NCBI GenBank assembly: GCA_943914475.1
Contig: CALUCE010000005.1
Coordinates: 41,450 to 105,449 of the forward strand
DNA: 64,000 bases
Direction: 5' to 3'
Source of the DNA: an uncultured Anaerococcus sp.
Lineage (GTDB): Bacteria > Bacillota > Clostridia > Tissierellales > Peptoniphilaceae
Shown: piece after piece, positions 1 through 10,455 of the stretch
How positions within the stretch are numbered: position 1 is the stretch's first letter
How the letters are laid out: each line of letters begins with the position of its first letter
Program-made: the position numbers and the translations under genes
Notes under the pieces: model-generated
Database searches by the model: none
The model's input: the letters and a program-made list of their open reading frames with translations, nothing else
What the model was told of the DNA's origin: nothing

Positions 1-2578
1 AGTCCTGTGGTTGGTTCGTCCAAGAGGTAGATAGTGTTGCCTGTGGATCTTTTGGAAAGTTCTGAGGCAAGTTTTACTCTTTGGGCTTCTCCTCCGGAAA
101 GCTCTGTGGATGGTTGGCCGATTTTAATATAGCCTAGACCTACATCATAGAGGGTTTGGAGTTTTCTAACTATTGGAGGGTGGTTTTCGAAAAACTCTAT
201 CCCTTCTTCTACAGTCATATTTAGGACATCTGATATATCTTTGCCCTTATATTTTACTTCCAAGGTTTCTCTATTATATCTTTTGCCGTGGCATACTTCA
301 CATGGTACATAAATATCTGGCAAGAACATCATATCTACTTTTATAGTTCCATCTCCAGAACAAGCCTCGCACCTGCCTCCTTTTACGTTAAAGGAGAATC
401 TTCCCTTGTCAAAACCACGAATCTTAGCTTCGTTGGTCATGGCAAAGACTTCACGAATATTGTCAAAGACCTTGGTGTAGGTTGCTGGGTTGGATCTTGG
501 AGTCCTACCTATTGGGGATTGGTCTATGGAGATAATCTTATCAACTTGATCAGCTCCTATAATCTCATCATGCTTACCTACTTTTATTTTTGTCTTGTTG
601 ATTTTTCTGGCTAGTCCCTTGTAAAGTATTTCGTTTACTAGAGATGATTTGCCTGATCCTGAAACTCCGGTAACTGTGGTAAACACCCCTAGAGGAAATT
701 TAACATCTATGTCTTTTAGGTTATTTTCCCTGGCTCCTTTTACTTCTATTAACCTATCTGAAGTCCTTCTTTTTTCTGGAACGGGAATCTTAACCCTGCC
801 TGCTAGATAATCTCCCGTTATGGAATTTTTGCAAGATTTAATATCGGCAAGACTTCCTTGGGCTACCACTTCTCCACCGTGGATTCCAGCCAAGGGGCCT
901 ATATCTACTATATAATCAGCTTCCTTGATGGTATCTTCATCGTGTTCCACAATAATCAAAGTATTGCCCACATCTGTTAGGTTTCTTAAGGATTTTATGA
1001 GTTTATCATTATCCCTTTGGTGCAGACCTATGGATGGCTCATCAAGTACATAGCAAACTCCCACAAGTCCTGACCCTATTTGGGTAGCAAGTCTTATTCT
1101 TTGGCTTTCTCCACCTGAAAGTGTTGAGGCAGACCTTGCTAAGGTCAAGTAGCCAAGTCCAACGTCTTGGAGGAATTTAAGCCTTCCTCTGATTTCTTTT
1201 ATGATAAGCTCTGCTATCTTGGCCTTCATTGGTTCTAGTTCTAAATCTCTAAAGAATATTATGGAATCATCCACACTCATCCTAGCCACTTGGGATATAT
1301 TTTTATCTCCTACCTTGATAGCAAGAACTTCAGGTTTTAGCCTGTCTCCATGGCAGGTTCCGCATTCTTCCTCTGCCATATAGTCCCTAAACTTCTTTTT
1401 CATGTTTTCAGAGTTGGTTCTATGATACCTATCTTGGATGTTCTTTATAACTCCTTCAAAGTGACCCTTGTATTTTTTTACTCCTGAAAAATGTGAGTCA
1501 AAAACAAAGGAAATCTCTTCCTTGGTTCCATAAAGAATCTCATCTATCATTTCCTTAGGAGCTTCTTTTATTGCCTTGTCTGTTGGGAAGTCATACTTTT
1601 TGGCTATGGCTCTTACTACTTGGTAATAATAGGTACCTTTGGCTGAAGTCGCATAAGGCTCTATGGCTCCTTGGTCTATGGTCAAGTCCTTGTCTGGTAT
1701 AACTAGGTCAGGATCAACTTGGATATGAAAACCTAGCCCATTACAGTCTGGACACATACCTATAGGGGCATTGAAGGAGAACATATTTGGTGTAATCTCT
1801 GGTAGGGATATGTGGCCATCTGGACAAGCAAGGTTTGCTGACATCAAAAAGCCTTCCCCACCTATCACATCAATCTCAACCAAGTCTTCTGCCAAGTCAA
1901 GGGCAGTTTCTAGAGATTCTGTAAGTCTGGCGTTTATATTTTCCTTTATAATAATCCTGTCTACTATAACTGAAATATCATGTTTTTTATTTTTATCAAG
2001 TTCTATTTCTTCTTCTAGGTCATATCTTTCCCCGTCAATCATCACCCTTACATAACCTTGTTTTTGGATATTTTCTAGGGCTCTTTTGTGTTGGCCTTTT
2101 TTGCCTCTGATAACTGGGGCAAGAATTTGAATCCTGGTTCTTTCCTCCAGGGTCAAGACCTTGTCCACCATTTGGTCTATGGTTTGGGCTTCAATCTTTT
2201 TGCCACAAACTGGACAATAGGCATCTCCTATTCTTGCAAAGAGCAAACGGTAGTAGTCATAAATTTCTGTTACTGTCGCAACTGTTGATCTAGGGTTACG
2301 GTTGGTCGTCTTTTGGTCAATAGAAATAGAAGGAGAAAGTCCTTCTATTGAATCTACTTCTGGTTTGTCTAGGTTGCCTAAAAACTGCCTAGCATATGAG
2401 GAAAGACTTTCCACATACCTTCTTTGACCCTCTGCATATATGGTGTCAAAGGCAAGAGTTGATTTTCCAGAACCTGAAAGTCCTGTAAAAACAATCATCT
2501 TGTCCCTTGGTAGGGTCAGGTCTATGTTTTTTAGGTTGTTGGTCCTAGCACCCTTTATAATAATCTTATTTTCTGTCA
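1..2578 (-). CDS. uvrA: Excinuclease ABC subunit A (UvrA), 5' part present; 3' end runs off the window
   Basis: Reverse translation from the ATG at 2578 gives MTENKIIIKGARTNNLKNIDL...[36 protein letters not shown]. Two ABC ATPase modules and CxxC zinc-finger motifs are present, with no stop codon before position 1. The RBS-ATG sits 1 bp after the uvrB stop, the usual uvrBA arrangement. Confidence 0.93.
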
Positions 2579-2579
2579 T

Positions 2580-4547
2580 TTAAGCTCCTACAAATGTGCT
2601 TTTCATCTTGGAAATTTGGTCACGAATGGCTGCTGCTCTTTCAAAGTCAAGCTCTTCTGCAGCCTTGTACATCTCTGCTTCCATATTTATTAGTATATCT
2701 TTAACATCATCCTTGGAGAATTCTTCAATCTCTGCATCTTCTGCCACCTTGGTAACTTGGATAATTTCTGAAATATCCTTCTTGATGGTAGTAGGAATAA
2801 TGTTGTGGTCTTCGTTGTATTTTTCTTGGATGGCCCTTCTTCTGTTGGTTTCATCTATGGCCTTTTGCATGGAGCCGGTTATGGTATCTCCATACATGAT
2901 TACATGGCCCTGGCTGTTTCTCGCGGCACGGCCTATGGTTTGGATAAGAGAAGTTTCTGACCTTAAGAAACCTTCCTTGTCTGCATCAAGAATAGTGATA
3001 AGGGAAACTTCTGGTATATCAAGTCCCTCTCTCAAAAGGTTGATACCAACAAGAACATCAAACTTTCCAAGTCTTAAATCTCTAATAATTTCTGACCTTT
3101 CTATGGTTTTTATATCTGAGTGAAGGTATCTTACCTTGATGCCATTTTCTTCCAAATATGTGGTCAAATCTTCTGCCATCCTCTTGGTAAGGGTTGTTAC
3201 AAGCACCCTATCGCCTTTTTCTATGGTCTTGTGAACTTCTTCTATTAAATCATCGATTTGGTTTTCTGTTGGTCTTACCTCAACCAAAGGATCCAAAAGT
3301 CCGGTAGGTCTTATGATTTGTTCTACAACATCCTTAGATTTGCCAAGTTCATAAGGTCCTGGCGTTGCAGAAACATAGAGAGCTTGGTTAATCAACGATT
3401 CAAATTCGTTAAACTTCAAAGGCCTATTATCAAGGGCAGAAGGTAGTCTAAAACCATAGTCTACCAAGTTTTGCTTCCTGGACCTGTCTCCCTCATACAT
3501 ACCTCCAACTTGGGGGATGGATACGTGGGACTCATCTACAAAAAGCAAGAAGTCTTCTGGAAAATAATCTATCAAAGTATAGGGTCTTGAGCCAGCAGGC
3601 CTTTGGGACATATGTCTGGAGTAGTTTTCTATACCAGAACAAAATCCTATTTCTTGGAGCATTTCTATATCATAATTTGTTCTTTGCTCAAGCCTTTGGG
3701 CTTCAACCAGCTTGTTTTGGTCTTCAAGCTCTTTTATCCTTTCCTTAAGCTCTGCCCTTATAGATTCTACTGCCTTTTCTGCCTTCTCCTTGGTTGTAGC
3801 ATAGTGGGAAGCCGGATAGATATAGGCATGGGAAATCTTTGCTGTAACCTTGCCGGTCAAGGCATCAAATTCCTTAATTTCGTCTATTTCATCTCCAAAA
3901 AACTCTATCCTAATGGCCTTCTCGTCGTTGGATGCAGGGAAAATATCTAGGACATCTCCCCTCCTTCTAAAGGTTCCACGTTGGAAATCCAAATCATTTC
4001 TTACAAATTGAACTTCAACCAAGCGTTTCATAACATCTTCTGGAGATATTTCTTGACCTGGTCTTAAGGAAACCACTAGTTTCTTGTACTCAATCGGATC
4101 TCCCAAACCATAGATACAAGAAACTGAAGCCACTATTATAACATCCCTTCTTTCAAATAAGGACATGGTAGCCGAATGCCTTAGCTTATCTATCTCATCG
4201 TTGATGGATGAGTCCTTGGCTATGTAGGTATCTGTAGCTGCCACATAGGCTTCTGGTTGGTAGTAGTCGTAGTAGGAAACAAAGTATTCTACAGCATTGT
4301 CTGGGAAAAATTCCTTAAATTCTGTAAAAAGTTGGTAGGCCAAAGTCTTGTTGTGGGCCAAAACCAGAGTTGGTCTTTGTACTTCCTGGATTATGTTTGC
4401 CATGGTAAAGGTCTTTCCACTTCCTGTAACACCCTTAAGAATTTGGTGTTTCTCACCTTTTTTGATACCATTGGCAAGTTTTTTTATAGCGTCAGGTTGG
4501 TCACCTGTTGGTTTATAAGCTGAATGTAATTTAAACTTTTCTCGCAT
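2580..4547 (-). CDS. uvrB: Excinuclease ABC subunit B (UvrB)
   Basis: 655 aa with a helicase-like Walker A motif (GVTGSGKTF), a DEAD-like DESH motif, and the C-terminal UvrB/UvrC interaction region ([10 protein letters not shown]). A good RBS lies upstream. Confidence 0.95.
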   Translation of the reverse strand: MREKFKLHSAYKPTGDQPDAIKKLANGIKKGEKHQILKGVTGSGKTFTMANIIQEVQRPTLVLAHNKTLAYQLFTEFKEFFPDNAVEYFVSYYDYYQPEAYVAATDTYIAKDSSINDEIDKLRHSATMSLFERRDVIIVASVSCIYGLGDPIEYKKLVVSLRPGQEISPEDVMKRLVEVQFVRNDLDFQRGTFRRRGDVLDIFPASNDEKAIRIEFFGDEIDEIKEFDALTGKVTAKISHAYIYPASHYATTKEKAEKAVESIRAELKERIKELEDQNKLVEAQRLEQRTNYDIEMLQEIGFCSGIENYSRHMSQRPAGSRPYTLIDYFPEDFLLFVDESHVSIPQVGGMYEGDRSRKQNLVDYGFRLPSALDNRPLKFNEFESLINQALYVSATPGPYELGKSKDVVEQIIRPTGLLDPLVEVRPTENQIDDLIEEVHKTIEKGDRVLVTTLTKRMAEDLTTYLEENGIKVRYLHSDIKTIERSEIIRDLRLGKFDVLVGINLLREGLDIPEVSLITILDADKEGFLRSETSLIQTIGRAARNSQGHVIMYGDTITGSMQKAIDETNRRRAIQEKYNEDHNIIPTTIKKDISEIIQVTKVAEDAEIEEFSKDDVKDILINMEAEMYKAAEELDFERAAAIRDQISKMKSTFVGA

Positions 4548-4675
4548 AATTCACTTCCTTTTAAAATATTTTATGCTTCAAGCTTGCCATGATAATATAC
4601 ACTTTTTTCCCATGATTTCAATGTTTATAAATTATAGTTGACAACTTGAAATTCTTTTTATATATGATATAATAC

Positions 4676-4699
4676 TCATATGAATAGTTGTTCATATGA
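4676..4699. promoter_or_regulatory. Candidate ArsR/SmtB-family operator: two copies of the self-complementary octamer TCATATGA separated by 8 bp, overlapping an extended -10 (TGaTATAAT, 4665-4673)
   Basis: The sequence is TCATATGAatagttgtTCATATGA. It forms a 24-bp imperfect palindrome immediately upstream of the czrA-like start at 4716, and the same octamer recurs at 6524-6563. Confidence 0.55.
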
Positions 4700-4715
4700 T
4701 TTTGAAAGGGTTTCT

Positions 4716-5018
4716 ATGGAAAAAAGTTTAAAAAATATATCAGAAAATGATCTCTTTGACCTAGCAGACTTGTTCAAGGTTTTTGGAGATTCTACCAGGA
4801 TAAGGATAATGTATGCCTTATTCTATGAAGAAAAATCTGTAACAGAAATTTCTTCAGACCTTGATATGAGCCAATCGGCCATCAGCCACCAGCTCAAGTA
4901 CCTCAAGGATAACAACCTTGTAAAGTCAAGAAGGTCAGGCAAGAGTGTCTACTATTCACTTGCTGATGATCATGTAAAAATAATAGTGAAAACTGCCCTT
5001 GAGCACGTTTGGGAATAG
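4716..5018 (+). CDS. ArsR/SmtB-family metal-responsive repressor of the CzrA type, with an alpha5 DxH-x10-H-x2-E site and no Cys
   Basis: The HTH reads FGDSTRIRIMYALFYEEKSVTEISSDLDMSQSAISHQLKYLKDNNLV. The C-terminal motif is D-D-H-VKIIVKTALE-H-VW-E. The ORF track begins at the ATG at 4680, but I prefer 4716, which is preceded by GAAAGGG and leaves the operator upstream of the gene. Confidence 0.8.
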   Translation: MEKSLKNISENDLFDLADLFKVFGDSTRIRIMYALFYEEKSVTEISSDLDMSQSAISHQLKYLKDNNLVKSRRSGKSVYYSLADDHVKIIVKTALEHVWE

Positions 5019-5028
5019 GAGGAATATT

Positions 5029-5250
5029 ATGAAAAAGAAATTTAAACTTGAAAATCTTGGTTGCGCAAACTGTGCAGCACAAATGGAAGAAAAAATAAAT
5101 AAACTAGACGGAGTGAAAAACGCTTCTGTATCATTTATGACAGAAAACTTAAAGATAGAAGTAGAAAATGAAGAAGATTTAGATGACATTTTGAACAAAT
5201 CTCAAGAAATTATCTCTTCCCTAGAACCCGATGCAAGAATAAAAAGATAA
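5029..5250 (+). CDS. Free-standing heavy-metal-associated (HMA) domain protein resembling the N-terminal metal-binding domain of CadA (GCANC motif)
   Basis: The 73-aa product reads MKKKFKLENLGCANCAAQMEEKINKLDGVKNASVSFMTENLKIEV. It has a ferredoxin-like HMA fold signature and a CANC metal-binding motif as in the S. aureus CadA N-terminus. The RBS is AGGAGGA at 5018-5024. The track ORF 4999..5250 starts earlier in the same frame. Confidence 0.75.
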   Translation: MKKKFKLENLGCANCAAQMEEKINKLDGVKNASVSFMTENLKIEVENEEDLDDILNKSQEIISSLEPDARIKR

Positions 5251-5266
5251 GAAGACAAAAATTTAG

Positions 5267-5309
5267 CCAAGCCATATTGTAGGACACAATAAGGCTTGGC
5301 GTTTTTTTT
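5267..5309. terminator. Bidirectional Rho-independent terminator between the HMA gene (+) and ald (-)
   Basis: The stem is GCCAAGCC (5267-5274) ... GGCTTGGC (5293-5300), followed by T9. An A-rich run on the other side serves the minus strand. Confidence 0.7.
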
Positions 5310-5311
5310 AC

Positions 5312-6421
5312 TTAAAATTCTAATTTTTCATAAGGAAGGTCAAGAGCTTCTGCTACACCTTCATATCTGATTTTTCCACCTTGGACATTGACTCCTTGGT
5401 AAAGTTCTGGATATTTTTTAACTGCTTCTTCCCAGCCTAGATTAGCTAGGGCTAGGGCATAATTGGTTGTGGCGTTTGATAGAGCTTGGCTTGATGTTCT
5501 TGGAACTGCTCCTGGGATATTTCCTACAGCGTAGTGGATTACATCATGGGCTACAAAGATTGGGTCTGTGTGGCTTGTAGAGTGTCCTACTGTTAGGTCG
5601 GTTGATCCACCTTGGTCTATGGCAACGTCAACTATAACTGATCCCTTGCTCATGTGTTTTACCATTTCTTCTGAAATAAGTTGTGGAGTCTTGTGACCTG
5701 GGATTAGGACTGTAGATATAACTAGGTCCGCAGATTCTACTGCATCTGCTATATTGTAGTTGTTAGAATATCTTGTTTCTATAGTATTGGAGAAGATTTC
5801 TAATAGTTCTCCTAGTCTTTCTAAGTTTACATCAAGAACTGTAACCCTGGCTCCCATACCAACTGCCATTCTTGTTGCTGCCGTTCCTACAGTACCAGCT
5901 CCAATGATTACTATGTGGGCTGGGGCTACTCCTGGTACACCTTCGATCAATTTACCTTTTCCGCCTTCTGTAGAGGTTAAATATCTAGCCCCTTCTTGGA
6001 CAGACATCCTACCTGCTACTTCTGACATTGGTTTTAGAAGTGGTAGAGTATGACCAACTTGGACAGTTTCATATCCTATAGCTATGGTCTTTGTTTCCAT
6101 AAGTTTTTCTGTAAGTTCTTTAGCTGAAGCCAAGTGTAGGTAGGTAAAGATTATAAGCCCTTCCCTAAAATATTTGTACTCTGGCTCTAGTGGCTCTTTT
6201 ACCTTATATATTAATTCTGATTTTGTCCAAACTTCTTCTGCAGTAGAAACTACATTTGCTCCTGCTTTTTTGTATTGTTCATCAGTAAAGCCTGAGTTTT
6301 CTCCTGCTGTTGATTCAATATAAACAGTGTGACCTGCTTTAACAAATTGTTGTACTGCTGCTGGTGTTGCAGATACACGACCTTCACGGTCTTTTATTTC
6401 TTTAGGTATTCCAATAATCAT
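5312..6421 (-). CDS. ald: Alanine dehydrogenase
   Basis: 369 aa reading MIIGIPKEIKDREGRVSATPAAV...IIGAGTVGTAATRMAVGMGARVTVLD. This is the AlaDH/PNT N- and C-terminal domain pair with a Rossmann GxGxxG. Confidence 0.9.
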   Translation of the reverse strand: MIIGIPKEIKDREGRVSATPAAVQQFVKAGHTVYIESTAGENSGFTDEQYKKAGANVVSTAEEVWTKSELIYKVKEPLEPEYKYFREGLIIFTYLHLASAKELTEKLMETKTIAIGYETVQVGHTLPLLKPMSEVAGRMSVQEGARYLTSTEGGKGKLIEGVPGVAPAHIVIIGAGTVGTAATRMAVGMGARVTVLDVNLERLGELLEIFSNTIETRYSNNYNIADAVESADLVISTVLIPGHKTPQLISEEMVKHMSKGSVIVDVAIDQGGSTDLTVGHSTSHTDPIFVAHDVIHYAVGNIPGAVPRTSSQALSNATTNYALALANLGWEEAVKKYPELYQGVNVQGGKIRYEGVAEALDLPYEKLEF

Positions 6422-6523
6422 ATATATCTCCTATTTCTATTATCTCATAATAATTTTACAAACATACGCTATAGAATTATACCGCTTCATAAAAATAAAT
6501 AAAGAATGCTTTACTTTTTGAAA

Positions 6524-6563
6524 TCATATGATATAATGTTCATATGAACGATTGCTCATATGA
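6524..6563. promoter_or_regulatory. Three tandem TCATATGA octamers at 16-bp periodicity (two overlapping operators) with TATAAT (6532-6537) between the first two; the putative promoter/operator of the P1B-ATPase
   Basis: TCATATGA occurs at 6524-6531, 6540-6547 and 6556-6563, with 8-bp spacers. The motif is identical to the czrA-like operator at 4676-4699. The region ends 23 bp before the ATPase ATG at 6587 (RBS AAGGAGAG). Confidence 0.55.
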
Positions 6564-6586
6564 TAAAGATATGATAAGGAGAGATT

Positions 6587-8428
6587 ATGTTTAAGAATAT
6601 AAGAGAAGAAGATAAGGACAGGCTGAAATATCTAGTCCTTTTGGGACTTGTGACTTTCTTGCTTTCTATAGCAGAGCACACCTGGTCTTCTAACATTGTA
6701 ATAAAAGTTTTATTTATAATCTTATACATCCTAGCAGGTAAGGATGTCATAAGACTAGCCTTTTTGGGGATAAAAAATAAACAACCCATGGACGAAAACT
6801 TCCTTATGACCCTGGCAACCATAGCAGCCATAGTTATAGGTCAATACCATGAAGCTATTTTCGTTATGTTGTTTTATAGCTTTGGAGAGCTCTTTGAAGA
6901 TATAGCGACAAACTCTTCCAGAGAATCTATCAAGTCTTTGATGGATATAGTTCCTGAAATGTCAGTAAGGATTAAGGAAGATGGGTCCAGAGAAAAAGTA
7001 GATATAGACGATATAGAAGTTGGCGATATACTTGAAATCACAGACGGGGACAAGGTCCCAGTAGATGGAGTGGTTTTAAGCGGAAATGCCAGCCTTGATA
7101 CCTCTTCTTTGACAGGAGAATCCCTCCCAGTAGAGGTTGAAGAAGGAGAAGAAGTCCTATCTTCATCCATAGTTACAGACGGAATAATCAGGATGAAAAC
7201 CACCAAGGCCTTTGATGATTCCATAGCTTCAAAAATTATAGATTTAATTGAAGAAAGTGTGGAAAACAAATCATCCAGCGAGAAATTTATTACAAGATTT
7301 GCAAGAATCTACACCCCTATAGTAGTTGGGGCAGCAGTCCTTCTTGCAGTAATCCCTCCACTTCTAGGAGGAGACTGGCGAGATTATTTACTAAGAGCTG
7401 CAACCTTCTTGGTTTTATCTTGTCCATGTGCCCTGGTACTTTCTGTCCCTCTTTCCTTTATATCAGGTTTGGGACTAGCTTCCAAAAACGGAATCTTAAT
7501 AAAGGGATCAGAATACTTGGAAGCTCTTGACAAGGCTAAGGTTCTTTTAACAGATAAGACAGGAACCCTAACCAAGGGAGAATTTAAGATAAAAGATATA
7601 GAATACTATACAGACTATGACAAGGAAAAAATCCTAGACTATATCTATAACTTAGAAAAAACTTCCTCCCACCCTATAGCAATGTCTATAGTCCAAGGTC
7701 TGGATAGGAAAGAAAACCACGATCTTTTCAAAGAAGTTAAAAACGTCAAGGGACTTGGAGTTTCAGCTATAAGTGCTGACGGAGAAGAAATCCTTCTTGG
7801 ATCTAAAAAGTTTGTTGACCATGAAGGAGACGACGACAAAGCAGTATATCTTGCAATAGATGGCAAAGTTTCTGCCAAGATATCAATAGAAGATGAAGTC
7901 AAGGATCAGTCCAAGGAAACCATAGACTTCTTGAAAAACTACTATGACCACCTAGCCATAGTTTCTGGAGACAATGAAAAGTCTGTTGCAGAAACAGCAA
8001 ATAGCCTAGGCATGAGCGAGTACTATGCGAGCCTTATGCCAGATCAAAAGATGGAAATTTTAAAAACTTACAAGGATAAGGATATGACAACAGTCTTTGT
8101 AGGAGATGGAATCAACGATGCCCCAGTTTTAAAACAAGCTGACGTTGGTATATCCATGGGAGAAACCGCCTCAGACCTTGCCATAGAATCATCAGATATA
8201 ATGGTGACCAATGGCGAATTCTCACAAATGCAAAAGCTAATGGAGATAGCCAAACTTTCAGTAAGAACTGTAAGACAAAATGTAATCTTTATTATGGCAG
8301 TAAAATTATTCATCCTAATTTTGGGACTTTTTGGTAGGGCTACCATGTGGATGGCAATTTTCGGAGACGTTGGAGTATCTATCATAACCATTCTTTGGGC
8401 TATGAGAATTTTAAACAAGAAAATTTAA
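6587..8428 (+). CDS. P1B-type heavy-metal-translocating ATPase (Zn/Cd/Co CPC type, CadA/ZntA-like) lacking an N-terminal HMA domain
   Basis: 613 aa carrying TGES (SLTGESLPVEV), CPC in the TM6 region (LSCPCALV), the DKTGTLT phosphorylation site, and the GDGINDAP hinge. It is about 110 aa shorter than a canonical CadA, which is the size of the HMA domain plus linker. Confidence 0.9.
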   Translation: MFKNIREEDKDRLKYLVLLGLVTFLLSIAEHTWSSNIVIKVLFIILYILAGKDVIRLAFLGIKNKQPMDENFLMTLATIAAIVIGQYHEAIFVMLFYSFGELFEDIATNSSRESIKSLMDIVPEMSVRIKEDGSREKVDIDDIEVGDILEITDGDKVPVDGVVLSGNASLDTSSLTGESLPVEVEEGEEVLSSSIVTDGIIRMKTTKAFDDSIASKIIDLIEESVENKSSSEKFITRFARIYTPIVVGAAVLLAVIPPLLGGDWRDYLLRAATFLVLSCPCALVLSVPLSFISGLGLASKNGILIKGSEYLEALDKAKVLLTDKTGTLTKGEFKIKDIEYYTDYDKEKILDYIYNLEKTSSHPIAMSIVQGLDRKENHDLFKEVKNVKGLGVSAISADGEEILLGSKKFVDHEGDDDKAVYLAIDGKVSAKISIEDEVKDQSKETIDFLKNYYDHLAIVSGDNEKSVAETANSLGMSEYYASLMPDQKMEILKTYKDKDMTTVFVGDGINDAPVLKQADVGISMGETASDLAIESSDIMVTNGEFSQMQKLMEIAKLSVRTVRQNVIFIMAVKLFILILGLFGRATMWMAIFGDVGVSIITILWAMRILNKKI

Positions 8429-8437
8429 GGGACTTAA

Positions 8438-8468
8438 AAAGCGAGCCTATGGCAGACTCGCTTTTTGT
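8438..8468. terminator. Bidirectional Rho-independent terminator
   Basis: GCGAG(8441-8445)cctatggcagaCTCGC(8457-8461) followed by TTTTTGTTT. It sits between the convergent ATPase gene and a membrane-protein gene. Confidence 0.6.
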
Positions 8469-8492
8469 TTAGAAAATTTTTCTTAAGAATCT

Positions 8493-9383
8493 TTACAAGG
8501 ATGAATCATCTTTGTCATCGAATTCATCATCTCCTGAATTGTCAAATACATTGTTTTTTGGTTCATAATCATATTCATCATCTTCTGGGTTACTTTCTAC
8601 TTCTCTGGTGAGTTTGAACGGTTCTTCATGGTCATCATCATAAGCATAATCACCATCATAGTCCCCATAAAGATTCAAATAATGGTCTGAAATCTCAGCC
8701 TTATATTTAACTATCAAATAAACAATAGCTACAAGAAATACTAGGCCAACTATAGCAAGGAGTAGTCCAGTAGCAAGGCCAGGTCCGTTGCTAGAAGCTT
8801 TTGCTATAATAGCCATAACGATTATGAAAACTACAAGAGGTAGAAGAGTATATTTTAATAAACTTACAAAGGTCTTTCCAAGTAGGGCAAAGCCTGTAGA
8901 AAATACCTTTTTAAAAGCATCTACAACTGTTAGGTCTTCATTTCTAGGATCTGCTACAACAAAGTTAGCATAGGCCCTAACCAATGAAAGCACTACTGTT
9001 AAAATTAAGGTAAGAATAATCATCCCAAAACCTGCTGATAAGGAAGCAGCAAAGTTAGATCTCATCATACCCATACCAGCACCTGCTATAGATCCTGCAG
9101 ATATTAGGGTTATCAAAAATTCTAGAACTACAAATAGGAGGTTTACCAAAAAGAAGTTTAGGTTAACACTCTTAACCTCTTCTAAATACTCTCCAAAATC
9201 TCCCATCCTATTAACTATAAGTCCTCTAGAAACTGCAAATTCAAAAAGTGCAGTTACAAGTCCAGCTATCAAAGTTCCCCAGCCACTATCTGATTTAAAA
9301 ATAGATAATATTAGAAAACTGGCAAGAAAAGAAATAAGATAAACTAGAACTATTGATTTAAAATTAAAGTCTCTTTTTCTCAT
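8493..9383 (-). CDS. Polytopic membrane protein with a poly-acidic C-terminal tail, uncharacterised family (paralog A)
   Basis: 296 aa with about 6 predicted TM helices. Conserved blocks FAVSRGLIVNRMG and YANFVVADPRNEDLTVVDAFKKVFSTG are present. The tail reads GDYDGDYAYDDDHEE...DDEFDDKDDSSL. Confidence 0.6.
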   Translation of the reverse strand: MRKRDFNFKSIVLVYLISFLASFLILSIFKSDSGWGTLIAGLVTALFEFAVSRGLIVNRMGDFGEYLEEVKSVNLNFFLVNLLFVVLEFLITLISAGSIAGAGMGMMRSNFAASLSAGFGMIILTLILTVVLSLVRAYANFVVADPRNEDLTVVDAFKKVFSTGFALLGKTFVSLLKYTLLPLVVFIIVMAIIAKASSNGPGLATGLLLAIVGLVFLVAIVYLIVKYKAEISDHYLNLYGDYDGDYAYDDDHEEPFKLTREVESNPEDDEYDYEPKNNVFDNSGDDEFDDKDDSSL

Positions 9384-9540
9384 TATAATTCCTTTCGTGT
9401 TTTAGACAAATTTTCCTTATAAAACATATACCCAAATATATAAAAAGTTAAATAAAGCCTATATCAAGCTAATATATAAAAAAAGTAAAATAAAAAAAGC
9501 GAGTCTTGAAAAACTCACTTTTATATAAAGTCCTATAAAT

Positions 9541-10353
9541 TTAATCTTCTATATCATCTGGACTGACTTCTACTTTCCTATTTAAATAAAAAGTTTGGTC
9601 TTCATAATTATCATCTAAATCACTAGAACTTTCAATATCTCCATAAAGGTTTAAATAATGATCAGAAACAACTCCCTTAAATTTGATAGCAAAGTATATA
9701 ATACATACTACTAGGGCAAATAATAATATGAAACCAAGAGCAACAGTTCCTACCCCTGGACTTCTTGCAAGAAAAACTACAAAAATAATATATAGAAAAA
9801 TAAGTGCCAATATAGGCAAAAGCAAATATATCAACATACTTTTTAAGGTCTTTCCTAATAGTTTAATACCTGTGGAGAATACTTTTTTGAAAGCCTCTAG
9901 AACTGATAGATCCTTGTTTCTAGGATCTCCCACAACAAAGTTGGCATAGTTAGTAATTAAAGAAAAGCCAATAGATAAGACTAGGGAAAGTATATAAAAT
10001 CCATAGGCATCCTTAGAAATATTTAAATTTCCACTTGCACTAGCAAGGCTAGGATCTCCAGCAAGACCTGCTATCTTGTTAATTAAAAATCCAACCACTC
10101 CCAAGAAAATATTTACAAGGACAAAGTTTAAACCTATGTGCTTAATTTGACCAAAATAATCTCCCACACTTCCCATCCTCTTTACCAATAGTCCCCTGCA
10201 GACAGCAAAGTCTATCAAGGCTGTACATATGGCCACAATTATAAATGCAGGATTTTGATAATTTATAAAAGCTATATAGATCCCTGCGGATACTAGGGCA
10301 AATAATAAGTAAAGTATAAAAATTGACGAAGCTTTAAAATCTCTCTTTTTCAT
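9541..10353 (-). CDS. Polytopic membrane protein, paralog B of 8493..9383
   Basis: 270 aa with the same blocks (FAVCRGLLVKRMG, YANFVVGDPRNKDLSVLEAFKKVFSTG, SDHYLNLYGD). An acidic tail and its own RBS are present. A hairpin plus T-run lies between the two paralogs at about 9505-9535. Confidence 0.6.
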   Translation of the reverse strand: MKKRDFKASSIFILYLLFALVSAGIYIAFINYQNPAFIIVAICTALIDFAVCRGLLVKRMGSVGDYFGQIKHIGLNFVLVNIFLGVVGFLINKIAGLAGDPSLASASGNLNISKDAYGFYILSLVLSIGFSLITNYANFVVGDPRNKDLSVLEAFKKVFSTGIKLLGKTLKSMLIYLLLPILALIFLYIIFVVFLARSPGVGTVALGFILLFALVVCIIYFAIKFKGVVSDHYLNLYGDIESSSDLDDNYEDQTFYLNRKVEVSPDDIED

Positions 10354-10455
10354 AATTAATCCTTTCTGTTTTAAATATAGAATCTTACTTTAAAAATATA
10401 TTCTAATTATTAAAATTTGTCAATAAAGGGTATATGAACAATGAGGTGAAAATAA

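Noticed and set aside
288-2288. Several 60-108-aa plus-strand ORFs at the start of the window
   Set aside because: They lie antisense inside the uvrA coding region. The minus frame carries an uninterrupted UvrA translation, so these are shadow ORFs.
2596-4523. Plus-strand ORFs (175, 62, 115 and 88 aa) inside uvrB
   Set aside because: They are antisense shadow ORFs with Ser/Leu-rich low-complexity translations and no RBS.
4680-4715. ATG at 4680 as the start of the ArsR-family gene, as in the ORF track
   Set aside because: That start would place the palindromic operator inside the coding sequence and add a Cys-containing N-terminal extension. The ATG at 4716 has an RBS-like GAAAGGG and yields a canonical CzrA-like protein of about 100 aa.
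4676-6563. CATATG repeats as restriction (NdeI-type) site clustering
   Set aside because: The octamers occur only at the two promoters with a precise 16-bp periodicity. That fits operator function better than a restriction-site effect.
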